64,000 nt of DNA from Camelus dromedarius (lineage: Eukaryota). The stretch covers positions 38,566,001-38,630,000 of the forward strand of contig NC_087447.1 of assembly GCF_036321535.1 (NCBI RefSeq). The letters run 5' to 3'. Below are positions 1 to 12,765 of the stretch, piece by piece. The notes beneath the pieces are model-generated. The model was not told the origin of the DNA. It did no database searches and was given only the letters and a program-made list of their open reading frames with translations. The translations under genes and the position numbers were made by a program. Position 1 is the first letter of the stretch, and every line of letters begins with the position of its first letter.

Positions 1-314
1 TATCAAGTTCCTACTCTGCAACCAGCCCTGAGTGAGATTCTCAGGGGACTGTAAAAGGATGAAGCTCAGATCCCTTTTAACTTTTCCCTTGTAAATTCTG
101 CGAAGAGGCAGATCAGCGTGTACTGAGAACAGTGAAACACCTCACAGAGAAAACTCAAAACGGATACTGGGATCAATTACAGACCAGCTCGACTTCCATA
201 AAACGAAGAAGGTGGAAGAACATTGGTTAGAAATCAAGGAACGGTGATGTTTGATCTCTTTTCCTCCCTCTTTTCCTTCCTTCCACAGATGTTTACTGAG
301 CACCTCTTCTTTTT

Positions 315-550
315 CTTTTAAGTAGCTTTATTGAGATATGATTTATTATACAGTTTACCTATTGAAGGCGTACAGTTCAATGGTTCTTTAGCATATTCAG
401 TGTTGTGCAACTGTCACCGCATCAATTTCGAACATCCCCGCTGCCCCCCCACCCCCAGACCTATTAGCAGTTGCCCCCCAACTCCCTTTCGCTCTCCAGC
501 CCTAAGCAACCGCTCATCTACTTTCTGTTTCTATAGATTTATCTGTGTGG
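315..550 (-). mobile_element. L1MB-type LINE-1 3' end, inserted into an L2 tail remnant
   Basis: agctttattgagata..tacagttcaatgg..ccctaagcaacc..ctactttctgtttctatagattt is a typical antisense L1MB 3' end; L2-like tttactgagcacct precedes it. Confidence 0.8.
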
Positions 551-839
551 AGGTTTCCAAGGACCTGTTACTATCAGGCGTAAGGCCAGGAACAGGGCAG
601 GGGCTACAGACACCAGTATCTCCCCTCAACCCATGAAGCTCTGCAGTTAGCTTGGAGAAAGCATCACCTGTCCCCACCGGGCTTCATTTTTTTTTTTTCT
701 CCTAAAAATGAAAGGGATGAAATTCAAGTTCCCTTCTATTTGAAACACTCGACTTTAAAATTCAGTTCCAGAGAAAAGCAGGAGGCAAATGTGACTGGGT
801 GAGCAAGTGAAAACTTTCAAATGCTCTTGTTAAGAACAG

Positions 840-1015
840 AGATTGTACCATCTTCCTAGATGCCGATTTGGTAATAGGTATTAAACGCCCTAGAAACGTA
901 TGTACCTCTAGACCCAGAAATTCCTCTCAGGCATTCATCAAGGGTGGTTGCAGAGACGTGTGGACAAGGATGGCAATGCTGATAGTGCTATTGACAATTG
1001 TGAAATAAATGTGTG
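840..1015 (+). mobile_element. Old L1 (L1ME-like) fragment
   Basis: gacccagaaattcctct..acaaggatg resembles a degenerate L1 ORF2 C-terminal region. Confidence 0.55.
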
Positions 1016-4000
1016 ACAGTAAAGGCTGTGCCCTCTAAATCCCACACAGAAAGCCCCAGATTCCAGCTAACACATCCCAAGGCCGCCCCCACTCACGCTG
1101 GCCTGTCTGCAGCCTCTGCCTGCCACTGACTCTGACCGACTTCACAGCCACTAAAATCTGAACGTTATTTTTATGCCCAATACCATTTTCTGACCCTGTA
1201 ATTGTGCTCTTGTCCTTGGGCCCCAGTGTGGGCCTGAGGTTTTCCCCTCCACCATAAAGCATTGTAATCAGGAGAACTGATCTGACCTGCACTCTGAAGA
1301 AATCCACTGTATTACAGTGTGTTGGGTTGTGGGCGTTTGCTGTATTATCTTTAATGACTCCAGCTTTTGTCCTTTGACTTCAGGCTTTTTTCCACTCGTT
1401 TCTGTCTTCACTCTTAACAGCGCACACCCTTTTAACTCATAAATAACTTTCATCTTTTTAGATACCTGAAAGCCTGACACTTTGATCTCAAGGGACCTTC
1501 AGACCTATTTGTGATCAAATAGGAACAACTTCACTAAGGGCTCTGCAAAACTGATCAAGAAACAGCCACTTTTTTGAACTCTGTACAGCATCTATTAGAA
1601 GTATAATTTAGCCCCTGAATGAAATTTTTATATGTTCGTGATTTGTAAAGAGGGCAGATACACACTTTAGAAAAAGGCATCATTTCTAGCTACGTAGTAG
1701 GGGCACGTGGTGGGGCAGCTAAGTTAAGTGATAACATGCAGACCAAGCACCATGAACTTCCAGCCCTCTCGTTCACCGCTGAAGACATTTCAGTATCTCA
1801 GCGACCCCGGCCGGCAAGGACCATCCTGTAAACGTGTCATGTAGCCTGCTCCCTCTAGTGTTTCCAAGGATCCAAACATGCTTTCCTTTCCTTGTCATTT
1901 ATTGAAGGTAAAATAAATATTTAGTTCAGGAGTATCTTTAAACTCAGAATTTCGCTCTAAAATAATACATACAATTATTAGTAAAAGAAAGAAAGAAAAT
2001 ATTTCTCAATCTGGAATAATCATTCGAGCCAATGTTTTACCCTAAGTAATTTTAAGTCAGATGCCTTTACTTTCAGCCTGATAACAACTAATTTATTTGG
2101 TTGCTAATTTAATTACTTTGTAATTAGCTTATCAGAGCGGGAAAGAAGACAAAATAAATATCTTTGTGATTAGTGCTTTGTAATGAACTAGAGGAGCGAG
2201 TCAACACACACATTTATTGTGCTGGCCAACACAGCCCCTATTTTGGGGGAATAGGCCTGGATTCTCTCTCTTTGCCGCTGCTTTTCAGCAATTTCCCACT
2301 TGAATGTTGGCTGTGGGTGTTTTACCTTTGAAATCTATCCGTAAGCTTTGAGCTGACCTTTGGCTTTAAATTTCAACAATTGATGCTCACCACTCAAGTC
2401 AGAGTCACTAATGAAGTTTAATTTTCATTTATTGCTTAAGAAGCTGAAGGACGCTTAGGACTCTCAGATTACTCAATTCCATGCCCAAAGGTATACACTT
2501 CATCAGGACCATGTGAAGAGGGATCTAGAGCTTTTTCCAAGTACCTAGAGATCAGATCTCAGATCCCAATAGGAAGGTTTAATAGGCATGTTCTGCTTCT
2601 GGGTGAGGAGACAAAACCTGGGGGAGGTGAAGATCATCCCTAACCCAAAGGGCTGGAACCACAGACCTGTGCTGGGCCCCAGCTTGCAGGGCTGCAGGAG
2701 TGGCTACAGACTCAACAGAACTTGCTAAAGAAGAATGTTGGCAGGCTCTGCAGTAATTCAGCTTCCACAGGGGCTCAGCAGGGGTCCTTCTGTAAACTGC
2801 TGCCTTTGAGAACTGCTGAGTCGTAACAGCCACCAAAGTGCTACCCAGATAAGGAGGAAACCCGGAAAGCCACTCATGGTCATTGCTGTCAAAAGACTTT
2901 CTGAGGAAATCCTCTGCAAAGCTCCTGTGATGGGCCAGGCCTCAGGGTCTGGGCCGGCCTGCTGAGGGCCTCCCTGAGCGTCAGAGTGGGGAGGCCAGAC
3001 TGACGGTGTATTTTAGTATCTCCTCACCAGGAAGAGAAGGTAACAATTTTCCGTCAGGCCATGAATGTGGTTGGAAACCCAGGTGGGGCCCAGTTCAGGA
3101 CAGATACCTTGATTTAGAAATAAACCACCTTGTAGATTTGTTTGGCCACATTAGCTTTTACACTTTTTTTTGGAAGCTGAAACTTAGAGGAGAAGAGATG
3201 CTTCTCTTTTGTTGGTATTTTTAAAACTTGTCTCAAGCAAAGCAATAAAGAGATTTCCAAAAGGCAACCAGGAACCTAGCTAAAATTGGCCTCAGGACTT
3301 CAGTGAATTTTGTTCCTGCTTTTATACTTAGTCAAGGGTCTCACTGATATCAGTAATAACTTTTCCAGCCTAAAATCTCATAGCACAGTCTACTACTTTG
3401 CAGGGAAAGAAAAGAGAGACCCTTTCATATGGATTTACTGACAACCTAAGTGTCAGTCCAGGGATTGGCATGTGGGAGATAGAAATAAACAGTGTATAGT
3501 CTTGACCTGAAGGTCACAACTGTCTGCAAATATTCAGCCCCCTTAGATACTTTCAGGAGATATACAGGTGCCAGCCTTCAGTAGACCTTTTGGGACACAC
3601 AGAATAACTTACTCTCAATTTGTTACCTACATCTTACCCACATTGCTACCTAGAAGGGTCCCATGTAGGAGAAGCCTCCGTTTTCAGTCAACTCAAAGAA
3701 ATGTCAAACTCCCTAACGACACCCTGTCTCTTCCCTACAGTTTGCTACCAACGTTTTCAACACGTGTTCTTGACTTTCATCATTCTTCTTCAGGACTGAA
3801 CACACAGTTGACCAGCTTTAGTCCAATAACTACACGAAGCTAACGTTACCCTTGTTTTCAGCTCGCCTCATCATTTCTTCTCTTTTCTCAAGTACAATAT
3901 GAGCTTCTAAAACCTACACTTATCACTTCTGTTCTTTTGCTTTCCCACTCTTTTTATTAAGCCAACAAGGGCAAAATACAATCAAATCCTCAAATAATGA

Positions 4001-4666
4001 TACAAACACTGCTGTACCAACTGTGTGGATGGCTGGCATTTGGGGTTCAAAAGACAGTTGAGAGGGGTCAGTGTTTAATGTACCAAAGTGAAGGTTATTC
4101 GAAAGTTGAATATACAAAAAATAAAGGACTGCTTGGACCTTGACTGCCTCTTGTCTGACCATTACGGCTTTCATAATCGGCATAATTTGGGCACAAAAGC
4201 AGATTTCCAGCTGTTTCAAGTCACAGATGTATTCTTTTCTGGGTTGTTCTAAAAATATGTACAAGCTGTTTTCTTAAGTTTAAATCAGTATTCTCTTGAT
4301 AGACTTTTCCTATGATTTTGGAATCTTTTGGCTCAGTTCTATTTGCAAGCATGAACTGGAGGCTAACTTACTTGGTAAGAAAATTTGGGGAGCCAAAAAG
4401 TCACGCAGCCCTTGCTGTTTCTTCCCTCCCATTTATCATTTCACAACGTGTGCCCTGTCAGTCCTGAAAGTTCCTGAAGAACAAAATGTGCTGACTTTTA
4501 AGTGTGTGGGGCTGGAAGATAGAAATTCCTCTACATTAGAGGCGTTCTCCTCCAGGGAGGGGGGGCAGTGGGAAGGTCTGTGAGAGAGGCAGAAAGCTCA
4601 GGCACCAGGTTGTGAATCAAGGAGGAAATTAACTTGTCAATGCACCGTCTATAAACCATCTATGCA

Positions 4667-4992
4667 CAAATGAACTTATTTACAAAACAGAAACAGACTC
4701 ACAGACACTGAGAACAAACATGGTTACCAGGCAGGGAGGAGGGTGGGAAGGGATTAAATTGGGAGTTCAAGATTTGCAGATTATATACCATATGTAAAAT
4801 AGATAAACAACAAGTTTCTACTGTATAGCATGGGGAACTAGCCTCAATATCTTGTAGTAACCTATAATGAGAAAGACTCTGAAAAGGAATATATGTATGT
4901 GTACGTACAACTGAAATATTACGCTGTACAACAGAAATTGACACAACATTATAAACTGACTAGACTTCAATAAAAAACAATGCAGAAAAAAT
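4667..4992 (+). mobile_element. 5'-truncated young (camelid-type) L1 3' UTR with A-rich tail
   Basis: aaatgaacttatttacaaaacagaaacagactcacagac..aacaagtttctactgtatagca..gaaattgacacaacatt..ttcaataaaaaa; atctatg on both flanks may be a TSD remnant. Confidence 0.9.
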
Positions 4993-5199
4993 AATAATCT
5001 ATGAGCTCTCCCTGGGCAAAGACTGGTTCTTATTCTTCCATGTTCTGTTGCTTTGGGGGCTAGCTGGGGCAGAACTGGAGACTGAGCCCAAGGCTACTGT
5101 GGGCCATCAGGTGGGAGATGGAAAAAACCAGCTAAAGAAGAAAGCTGAGACTCGGAATCTGGGAAAGCCGGTATTAGGAGAGATTCGTGAGAGGTGGCC

Positions 5200-5430
5200 C
5201 TGAATAGTGGAATGAATGCAGCTTTGGAGCAAGTGGACTGACATTCAAATCCCAGCTATGTGGCTTGGACTCTGAGGCTGGACAAGTAAGTTGCTTATCT
5301 GCCCTGAACCTCAGATGTCACATGGAGATGGTCATAGCAACTACCTCACTCACACCAAGGTCACTGGATTAAACACAACAATGCCTGTCAGGGGTCTCGC
5401 CTGGTGCTGGCCACTTAGCTGGCATTCAAG
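5200..5430 (+). mobile_element. MIR SINE
   Basis: ttcaaatcccagct..ggacaagt..ctgaacctcag..atggagatg core. Confidence 0.7.
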
Positions 5431-5639
5431 AAGCCAGAATTAACAGTGCCAAAGATAACAAAGCCCATGGAGGAATAACCCAAAAATAAGTGCTCATGGT
5501 CAAGAAATATACAAAAGCATGGGACAGCCAACATTTTGACGAGTCGGGGGAATGTGAATTAAAATGGTAATAGCTTTGTCAACAAGATCGACAACAATAC
5601 AAAAGACAGTGCCCGTGAGGAAAGAGGGACAGGGACACT

Positions 5640-6130
5640 GCCATGTGTGGCTGGAGTGGGAACGGCTGTGTCTTTTGGGAAGCACTTGGGTGATATCCGT
5701 CACAGATGAAGAAGATACACACTCTTTGATTCACTAATGCCACTTCTGGAAATCTACTATCAATAAATAATAACACAGCTTTATATGCATCTGTACATAT
5801 TCCATATATATGTAGATGTCCACTACATAATGGTTTATAACAAGAGAAGCACGAACATTGAAAACAACCTAAATGTCTACCAGTAGGGGAATGTCTGAAC
5901 AAATTATGGACCTTCTATTTAATGGAAAGCCAATCAGCTATACAAAGTAATGAGGTAGGTTTACTTAATAAAATCTATTAAGTAAAATAGGAAAACCGTG
6001 GGGACTAATAAGCATAGCGTCATTCTGTTTCTCCAAGAAATGTGTAGGTAGACAATGGATAGGTAGATAGCTTCATTTGTACACCTTTAAGGAAAAGGTG
6101 GGAGGGACAAAGACCAGTCTGTTAAGGAGA
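5640..6130 (+). mobile_element. Old L1 (L1ME-like) 3' fragment
   Basis: gaaaacaacctaaatgtctaccagtaggggaatgtctgaacaaattatgg motif. Confidence 0.75.
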
Positions 6131-6259
6131 GTTAGCACCCCTGGGGTTTAGAAGGTGGGATGAGAAAAAAGAGGCATTTTTTTTTTTTTAAAAATATGTG
6201 AAGTGGTAGGATTGTAAGTGCTTTTTTCCTTTTTGTTTTTCAGCATTAATTAAATACCT

Positions 6260-6320
6260 AAGGAAGGAAGGATGGATGGAAGGAAGGAAGGAAGAAGGGA
6301 GGGAGGAGGAAGGGAGGAAG
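6260..6320. repeat. Purine-rich (GGAA/GGAT/GGGA)n simple repeat
   Basis: Seen directly. Confidence 0.85.
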
Positions 6321-7679
6321 ACAGGACAGATCGGATTGGCATGAGCTGCTCTGTATCTCTAGTGCTCAGTACAGGACTTCTGGTGCACGGTGGATGCTGA
6401 GTAAATAATGAGTAGAAATATTGATTGATTACTATTGAACCAGAAAAACAACATGAAAAAGAAGTTATTATCCTATCTACTCCAAAAAAAAAAAAAAGAA
6501 GCCCGTAACTCTTGCAGCAATGGTGAGAAGCTTGTGCTGGAGGCCCCCTGGGGTGAGGGAGGGACAGAGCTGGGTACAGCCTGTTCTTTGCTGGCTGAGG
6601 AGGTTCACAGAGGGTCTCACCACATGGTGGACCAGGGCCTCTCAGGGTCCAGATGTGGGAGCTATTAGGAAAAGCCCAGTTGTGAAACTGTCCTTAGAGT
6701 TGAAAGCACTGAAGCCAAGTGCTCCCTGGTGCCTGCCAAAAAACTAAGGAATTGCAAAATGCACATTATTATACAAACTCAGGAGGAACCAACTGCACTC
6801 TCTCTTAGGCGTTATCAAAAGAAGTTTCAGCTTACAAGAGAAAGGCAGACCAAGAGATTTTACCAGCAAAATGTCTGTGTTTCTAACTTCATGGATGCCA
6901 GCTTTGAAATGATATGGTTTAATAAAATTTCAGTCCTCTCTTGGGGGATTGCACAAAACATTCCAAGGCTCTAAGACTCAGATTCAAGTGCACATGGGCT
7001 TCTAAATAACCTTTAACATGTAAGTCCACATCATCCGCCCACCCCCTTCATTAAGTTTATTTGGATGAACAAATTTTGGACACTCAAGAAAATACTTTCC
7101 CTAGCTTAGAAGGACATAACAAACTGTTGGAAATAATGGAAGAGGAGTTGGAAGTGGGACAACAGTGGGGGTGTGAGGTGGGAGGCAGGACTGAGGAAGA
7201 TGCATTTGCAAGGCGGCTGGCCGGCCGGCCGTGGGAGACACAAGCCAGCTGAGCCCAGCTCAAGGGTCGGGTCGTAGAGAGAAGTTCTGTGTCTGCGGCG
7301 GGGGGAGGAGCTGAATCTGCCTCAGAAGGGCTGAGGCAGCTGGGTGACAAGCTTGGGACTGGGCTCGGGTATGAAGCCCCCGTATGCCCAGATGGCAGAT
7401 TCTACAAGAGGGGACAGAATTGCTGGTCTGTGGACCATGCAGGGAAGCCCTGTGGAGGAGAAGGTTTGGTTAATAAATGAAGAAAAGAATATGTTTGCTT
7501 CTTGATAGACTTGACTCATTTGAAAATACTGTTCTGAGCTCTGTATTGAAGACTGATGAAAAGCATTTTCAGAGCAACAGCCGACGGCAGAAGGACACCT
7601 CAATCATCTGCGACTGGACGTTCCGTTTGCTTCTAATTTTTCATGATTGTAGCCACCTGTGTGGTGAACCTCTGCGCAC

Positions 7680-7830
7680 TGCAGTTTTCCTGTATCCAGG
7701 ACGATTTCCTAAGAATAGATTCTGAGAAGTGGAACAACTGGGTCATAGGATATGAACATTTTTGTGTCTTAATACACAGAGGAAAGCATGTGGAAAGCCA
7801 AATTGCTTTCCAAAGGGCTGGTTGAACCCA
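7680..7830 (-). mobile_element. Old L1 (L1ME-like) fragment
   Basis: agattctgagaagtggaacaactgggtcataggatatgaacattttt..gccaaattgctttccaaaggg. Confidence 0.65.
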
Positions 7831-7914
7831 ATCACTTTTATTTCAAACAAGATTTTATGGGTGATTATGCAGGGCTTTTAATGAGATGTTTGGCTAAGCA
7901 ATGATAGTACAGAA

Positions 7915-8112
7915 ACTGACATTTATTCTGTGCTAATCACAGCCTTTTTATCCACTGTCTTCTTTAATCCTCACAACGACCCTGTGAGGCAGACATCATT
8001 ATCCCCATTTGGCAGATGAGGAGACAGGTTCAGAGAGATTAAATACTCTCCCAAGACCACATGGCTACTTGAGTGGGGGAGCCGCTATCTGAACCCAGGC
8101 CCATCTGACTTT
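7915..8112 (-). mobile_element. MIR SINE
   Basis: tttaatcctcacaacgaccctgtgagg..cagatgaggagacaggttcagagag. Confidence 0.85.
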
Positions 8113-8807
8113 TGGATGATGCCCAGAAGCCTAGTGCCTGAGGCTTCCCTCCAAATCTTGCTGCCTCCACTGGTTTTAAGAACACAATCCAAGGAACAAT
8201 AATGCACCTGAGATGTATTCTGAGTCCCAGAGATCTATGAAGCCATAAATGGATTCTTGATAGATACTACAACAGTGAGAACATGTATTTCAGAGGAAAT
8301 ACATTTTATTTCATGGTGAAATGAATTGATTCTTTATTATCACATTCTATTTCCACCCCCATTATCTTAATTCAGACCCTGATTATCTTGCCTTGAACCA
8401 CAAAATAGGCTGCAAATTGTACCCTGCACCTGCAACCTCTCCACCATTCAAGATGGAACAGGCAGGGCAGTCCTGAACTGGGTCCCAGAATTCACCTTCT
8501 GAAAACATGGGTTTTGATTATCTTCTTCCTCATGATTATAGTTATCGTGAGAACTTCATTGGCTCCCTTTGTCAACGGGACCAAATATAATAAACGTTGG
8601 TGTTGAAGTTTTCTAGGACTCTAACCAGACTGCCCACTCACAATTCCTGAGTCAGGTCCTTGGTACCCGGGGTTTGCTGCAGGATGGCAGCATGTGGCAG
8701 GGTCTAGGTTTCTAAGGGTTGACTAGAGTAAGCCACCCTATCCAAAGGTGACCAAAGAGGAAAGAGCCAGTGAGGTGGGTTAGGCAGTGAGAGGCTGGCT
8801 TGTCTGA

Positions 8808-9032
8808 CTAGTGGTTGGGAACCATGCTATGGGGTCAGACAGCTTCGAGCTCAAATCTCAACAATACCATTTATGGGTGATGCAACGTCAGACCTTCTCA
8901 TCTCAAGCAACAATTTTCTCATCTGCAAAATGGGGGTAAGAGCAGTACCACCTCACAGGGTCATTTTGAGAATGAAAAGAGGAGGCTATTTCAGGTGTTT
9001 GGCCCACAAAGGCCTAGGTAAGTGTTAGCTTT
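8808..9032 (+). mobile_element. MIR SINE
   Basis: ggggtcagacag..ttttctcatctgcaaaatgggg..cctcacaggg. Confidence 0.75.
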
Positions 9033-12000
9033 GATTCTAGAAGTGAGCCTCTGAGGTCAAACATTGGAATCAAGTTCTCAGGGCCCAAGCAGGGGTGTAA
9101 AGGAACACACAGGCAACGTTAGGAGTCCAGCTGAGCTGGGATGGCCAAAGGTGGGCATGAAGCAAGACTGAGGTGATGGTGGGCAAATGACATGGCTGGG
9201 ATTAGAGCTTATTTTTCAGTTGGTTGGGGCATGTGTCATTGGTGTGTTGGGCTTGTTTAAAGGTACAGAGTCAGAGCAAACATCATTCACAGCTTCCCAC
9301 CACATCTATGCTGAGCTCCTCCCACTGTCCCCCGCCCCCAGCTTCCCTGAATACCCCATTGCCTGTCTGTCCATCGGCTCCATATAACTTATCTTCCCTG
9401 GAATGCCTCCCACTCCCTGACCCCCTGACCTACCAGCCCAAATCCCATCTGTTCTACCAGAAACATCTCCATTATTCTCTACAGCCTCTCCAAGGCCCCC
9501 TTTGCCCCTCCCCCACCAGCGAGAGCCAAACCCTCCCTCGTTCATATTCTTCCGGCAATTATTCTTTTCACAATCCACTTGGCAATTAATCACACACTGT
9601 CTTGTGATGCGTTTACTGTTGTTGGCTTAAACAGATAAAAATATCTTCTATGCCTGTTTAACTTGTCACATGTGTCTGGCTTGCCTTTCTGAAAGGGAAT
9701 CCAAAGGACAAGCCAGGAATCGCTAAACAGGGGAGAGCTCCTTGCAGGAAGAAAGAATGATAACAACTGGAAAGAAGTAACAGGCTTTTCAAACTCATTT
9801 TGCCTGTATGATTTCATTTGATCCTCATGCAGCCTGGGGAGGTGCCTATTCTTATTAGGGCTTATTCTCCAGTTCAATAATCTTTGTTGACTGTAAGATC
9901 AAATGTAAAATCTGGCATTGAAACCTCCTCTCTGTCCACCCAGTCTTCCTCCTGTCGTGTCAAATCAGTGGGACTGACATAAAAATAAGAACTCTTTGCA
10001 ATATGAACCTCAGCTCTGAAGTAAGAAGCGGCCGGTCTGATGAGTAGGTTGTTGATCAGCCTCGGTCCAAATGTTGATCCGCAGAAACCACAGAACTACC
10101 ACAAAGACAGAGGTGGATTGGGGAGGCCCAGGACAGCTCTACTTGGCCGGCTGAGGCCAAGGGCTTGCCCAGTGCCCTATTTTAGAGGGACTGACAGTTA
10201 ATTCGACTTCACTCTGTAGTGACGCCTATATGCTATTTGTGGTGGCTGTGTCCATATTTTAATCTCTTTGGTAAACTGCATATAGCTCATTCTGGCTTCT
10301 AGCTTCAGGTTTCTCTAACACCCTCGCTGTTGCTACCCTCTTCTATCGTAAGGAATCTCTCCCATTGTTGATAAAGGACTGATAAACCCCTTGCTGATTT
10401 GTCAGCATTCTGATATCTGTGACAGGCAGTTACGAAACACATCTCCTTATAGATGAGTCTGTACAGGGCATGCTCCTGTTTATAGGGCCCACCCTGACAC
10501 ACATACACTTCCACAGCCATTGTTCTAGGAAGGCACTACCCTACCATGGCACCATCGCCAATGAAATATCACCCAAGGAAGAATGAATGGAATTCACAAA
10601 AACCAAAGCTCTAAGTGCTACAGAATTACATCAAAGGCAGCAGAATGCTAGATTCCAACCCAGAAAACTCTGAACCAAGCCCCTGGTCTGTTCCTATAAT
10701 TCTTTTGGGAAAATGGTTGCAAGATTCCACAGATGAATTATGAGATCAGCCAAGGCTGGCTGAGAAAGGCTCTTTAAGAGAAAGGAGTTGGGGCACAGAA
10801 CTTGCCCACCAGTCAGGGCTTGATAGTAAAGGGAGGGAAAACAGTCCATTCCGATGTTGGATGTTAAAGGGTGACATGCCATAGGCAAAACTGACAGCTC
10901 AATTCTGCAGCAAGGAACAATGGTGACAATATTTAAGAGAAAATGATTGGCTTTGCTGACAGAGGGGGTGGGGTTCCAGCAGACCCTGTGATAAGGAGAA
11001 TATGTGATACTGTATTTGTCTAAAGGAATAGTTCAGCAAAAGTGTGTGCTTTGCACCGGCTTTACTCTTATGTCTAAGCGGAAATGCCTCAGGGCTAAGA
11101 GAACTGCAGGAGAGATCTGTGTGACCCTTCAGTGATTACCTTCCACTCAGGTATGAGAGCTGGGTGTGAAGGGGGGTGGGCTGGAGGGGGCTGAGGAAGG
11201 CTTTGAACTCTCCCTGGTGTGCTCTTCTGCTGACCTGAGCATCTGGAACTCTTGTCTTCCACGGGCTCTGAGTGCTGGAGGATGGGCGTACTCTCAAAGA
11301 CGGGGTGACAAGGTTGCAGCTATGTGCTGCGTTGACCAGAGCTTATAGAGACCCCAGAGGCTGGTAGGACAAACAGCCCCATTGCTTTCTTATCTTGCCT
11401 GGCTGGCTCTCGGGAACTCCTGGGTGGAGAGTGGTCTGGGTGTGAGGGAAGTGGCAGCAGTGCAGGGCTGGTGTGTAATGTTGAGAGAATCACAGGAGTT
11501 ACGGGCAAAGGCAGATCAGAGCCTGGGAACACAAAGGAATGGGTTGGTTCTGCTGGGGTTTGTGCCATGACAGCCTTAACATACTTGCGCTCACAAGGTG
11601 ACGTTCCCTTTCTCTACCTGGCTGGTGACAGCTCTTCTCTTTCCCACATGAGGATGGAGAAATCCCCTCAGCCTGGCTCTCAACCCCCTCAACCCTTTGA
11701 TGCTTCAAAAGTAACAGCAATGAATGATGACTAGAACAGTTATGAGTCATTAATCTGACCATTAATACATTAATCCCTTGCCTTATTCCACAAAGGATCT
11801 GAGGCAGGAGTTATGAGTAACATTTATCGCAGTAACCGAGAGAAAATCATGACAGCATTGCAAGGAGCTGGGACGAATGGTAATTGCAATCATGACGGTA
11901 ACAGCTGTAAGTTAGTAGATCAATGCCAAGTGCAATGACTATTTGAAGAAAGAATCCGTGTTAACAGATCAATGAGGAGAGAGACTGGGAAGAGGGAATC

Positions 12001-12589
12001 TATCTGTAAGTGAGCAGGGATTACACAGGTGGAAGACTGCCAGGGGCTAAGATGGGTTGACCTGATTGGGAAACAAAATTATTATTTCGTGGAGTGTTTT
12101 CAGTTCTGAGCCAGGTGCTGGGTACTTTGCGTGACACCGAGTCCACAGATCAGCCTGCACACTCCCTACTTAACAGATGGGAAAACTGAGTCACCCCAAG
12201 AGTTGCAGCTCTAGTAAATCACCTCTGGAACCGTCAACAACTCCTTCTCGTGGGGTTGTCGTCTTCTGTTCCCTTTGGATCTAATTTACCTTGAGATAAG
12301 GTTTAACTTGTGCTCCGACCATTTGTGGCAGTGGAGATGTGGTTTCAGGCCCACAGAAGGAAGGCAGTTTCCACCCAAGACCTCATGTGGCAATGTCAGG
12401 GGACATTACCTATCCCGTCTGTGGTGCACGTCATCTTCTGCAAGGGTCATTTACGTGTATTGCTGTATTTGATCCACACAATGAATGGTGAGGAGGTAAG
12501 CATTATGATCATCCCTGTTTAGATGAGGGTCCTGATGATCAGAGTGCTCTAGTTTCCAGAACCAGTGAGAGGCAAAGAGAATGACAATT

Positions 12590-12765
12590 TAAATCCCAAC
12601 TCCACAATCTGCCAGCTGTGTGACCTTGGGCACTTTACTTACCTCTCTGAGCTAAAGTTTCCCCATCTGCAAGTGAGATAATGAGCCACAGCTCACGAGG
12701 CTGTTATCGATATTAAGTGTCTTACCCAGAACTTAGCAGATGGTGCCTAATAAATGTTCATTCCT
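12590..12765 (+). mobile_element. MIR SINE
   Basis: agctgtgtgaccttgggcactttacttacctctctgagc. Confidence 0.75.
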
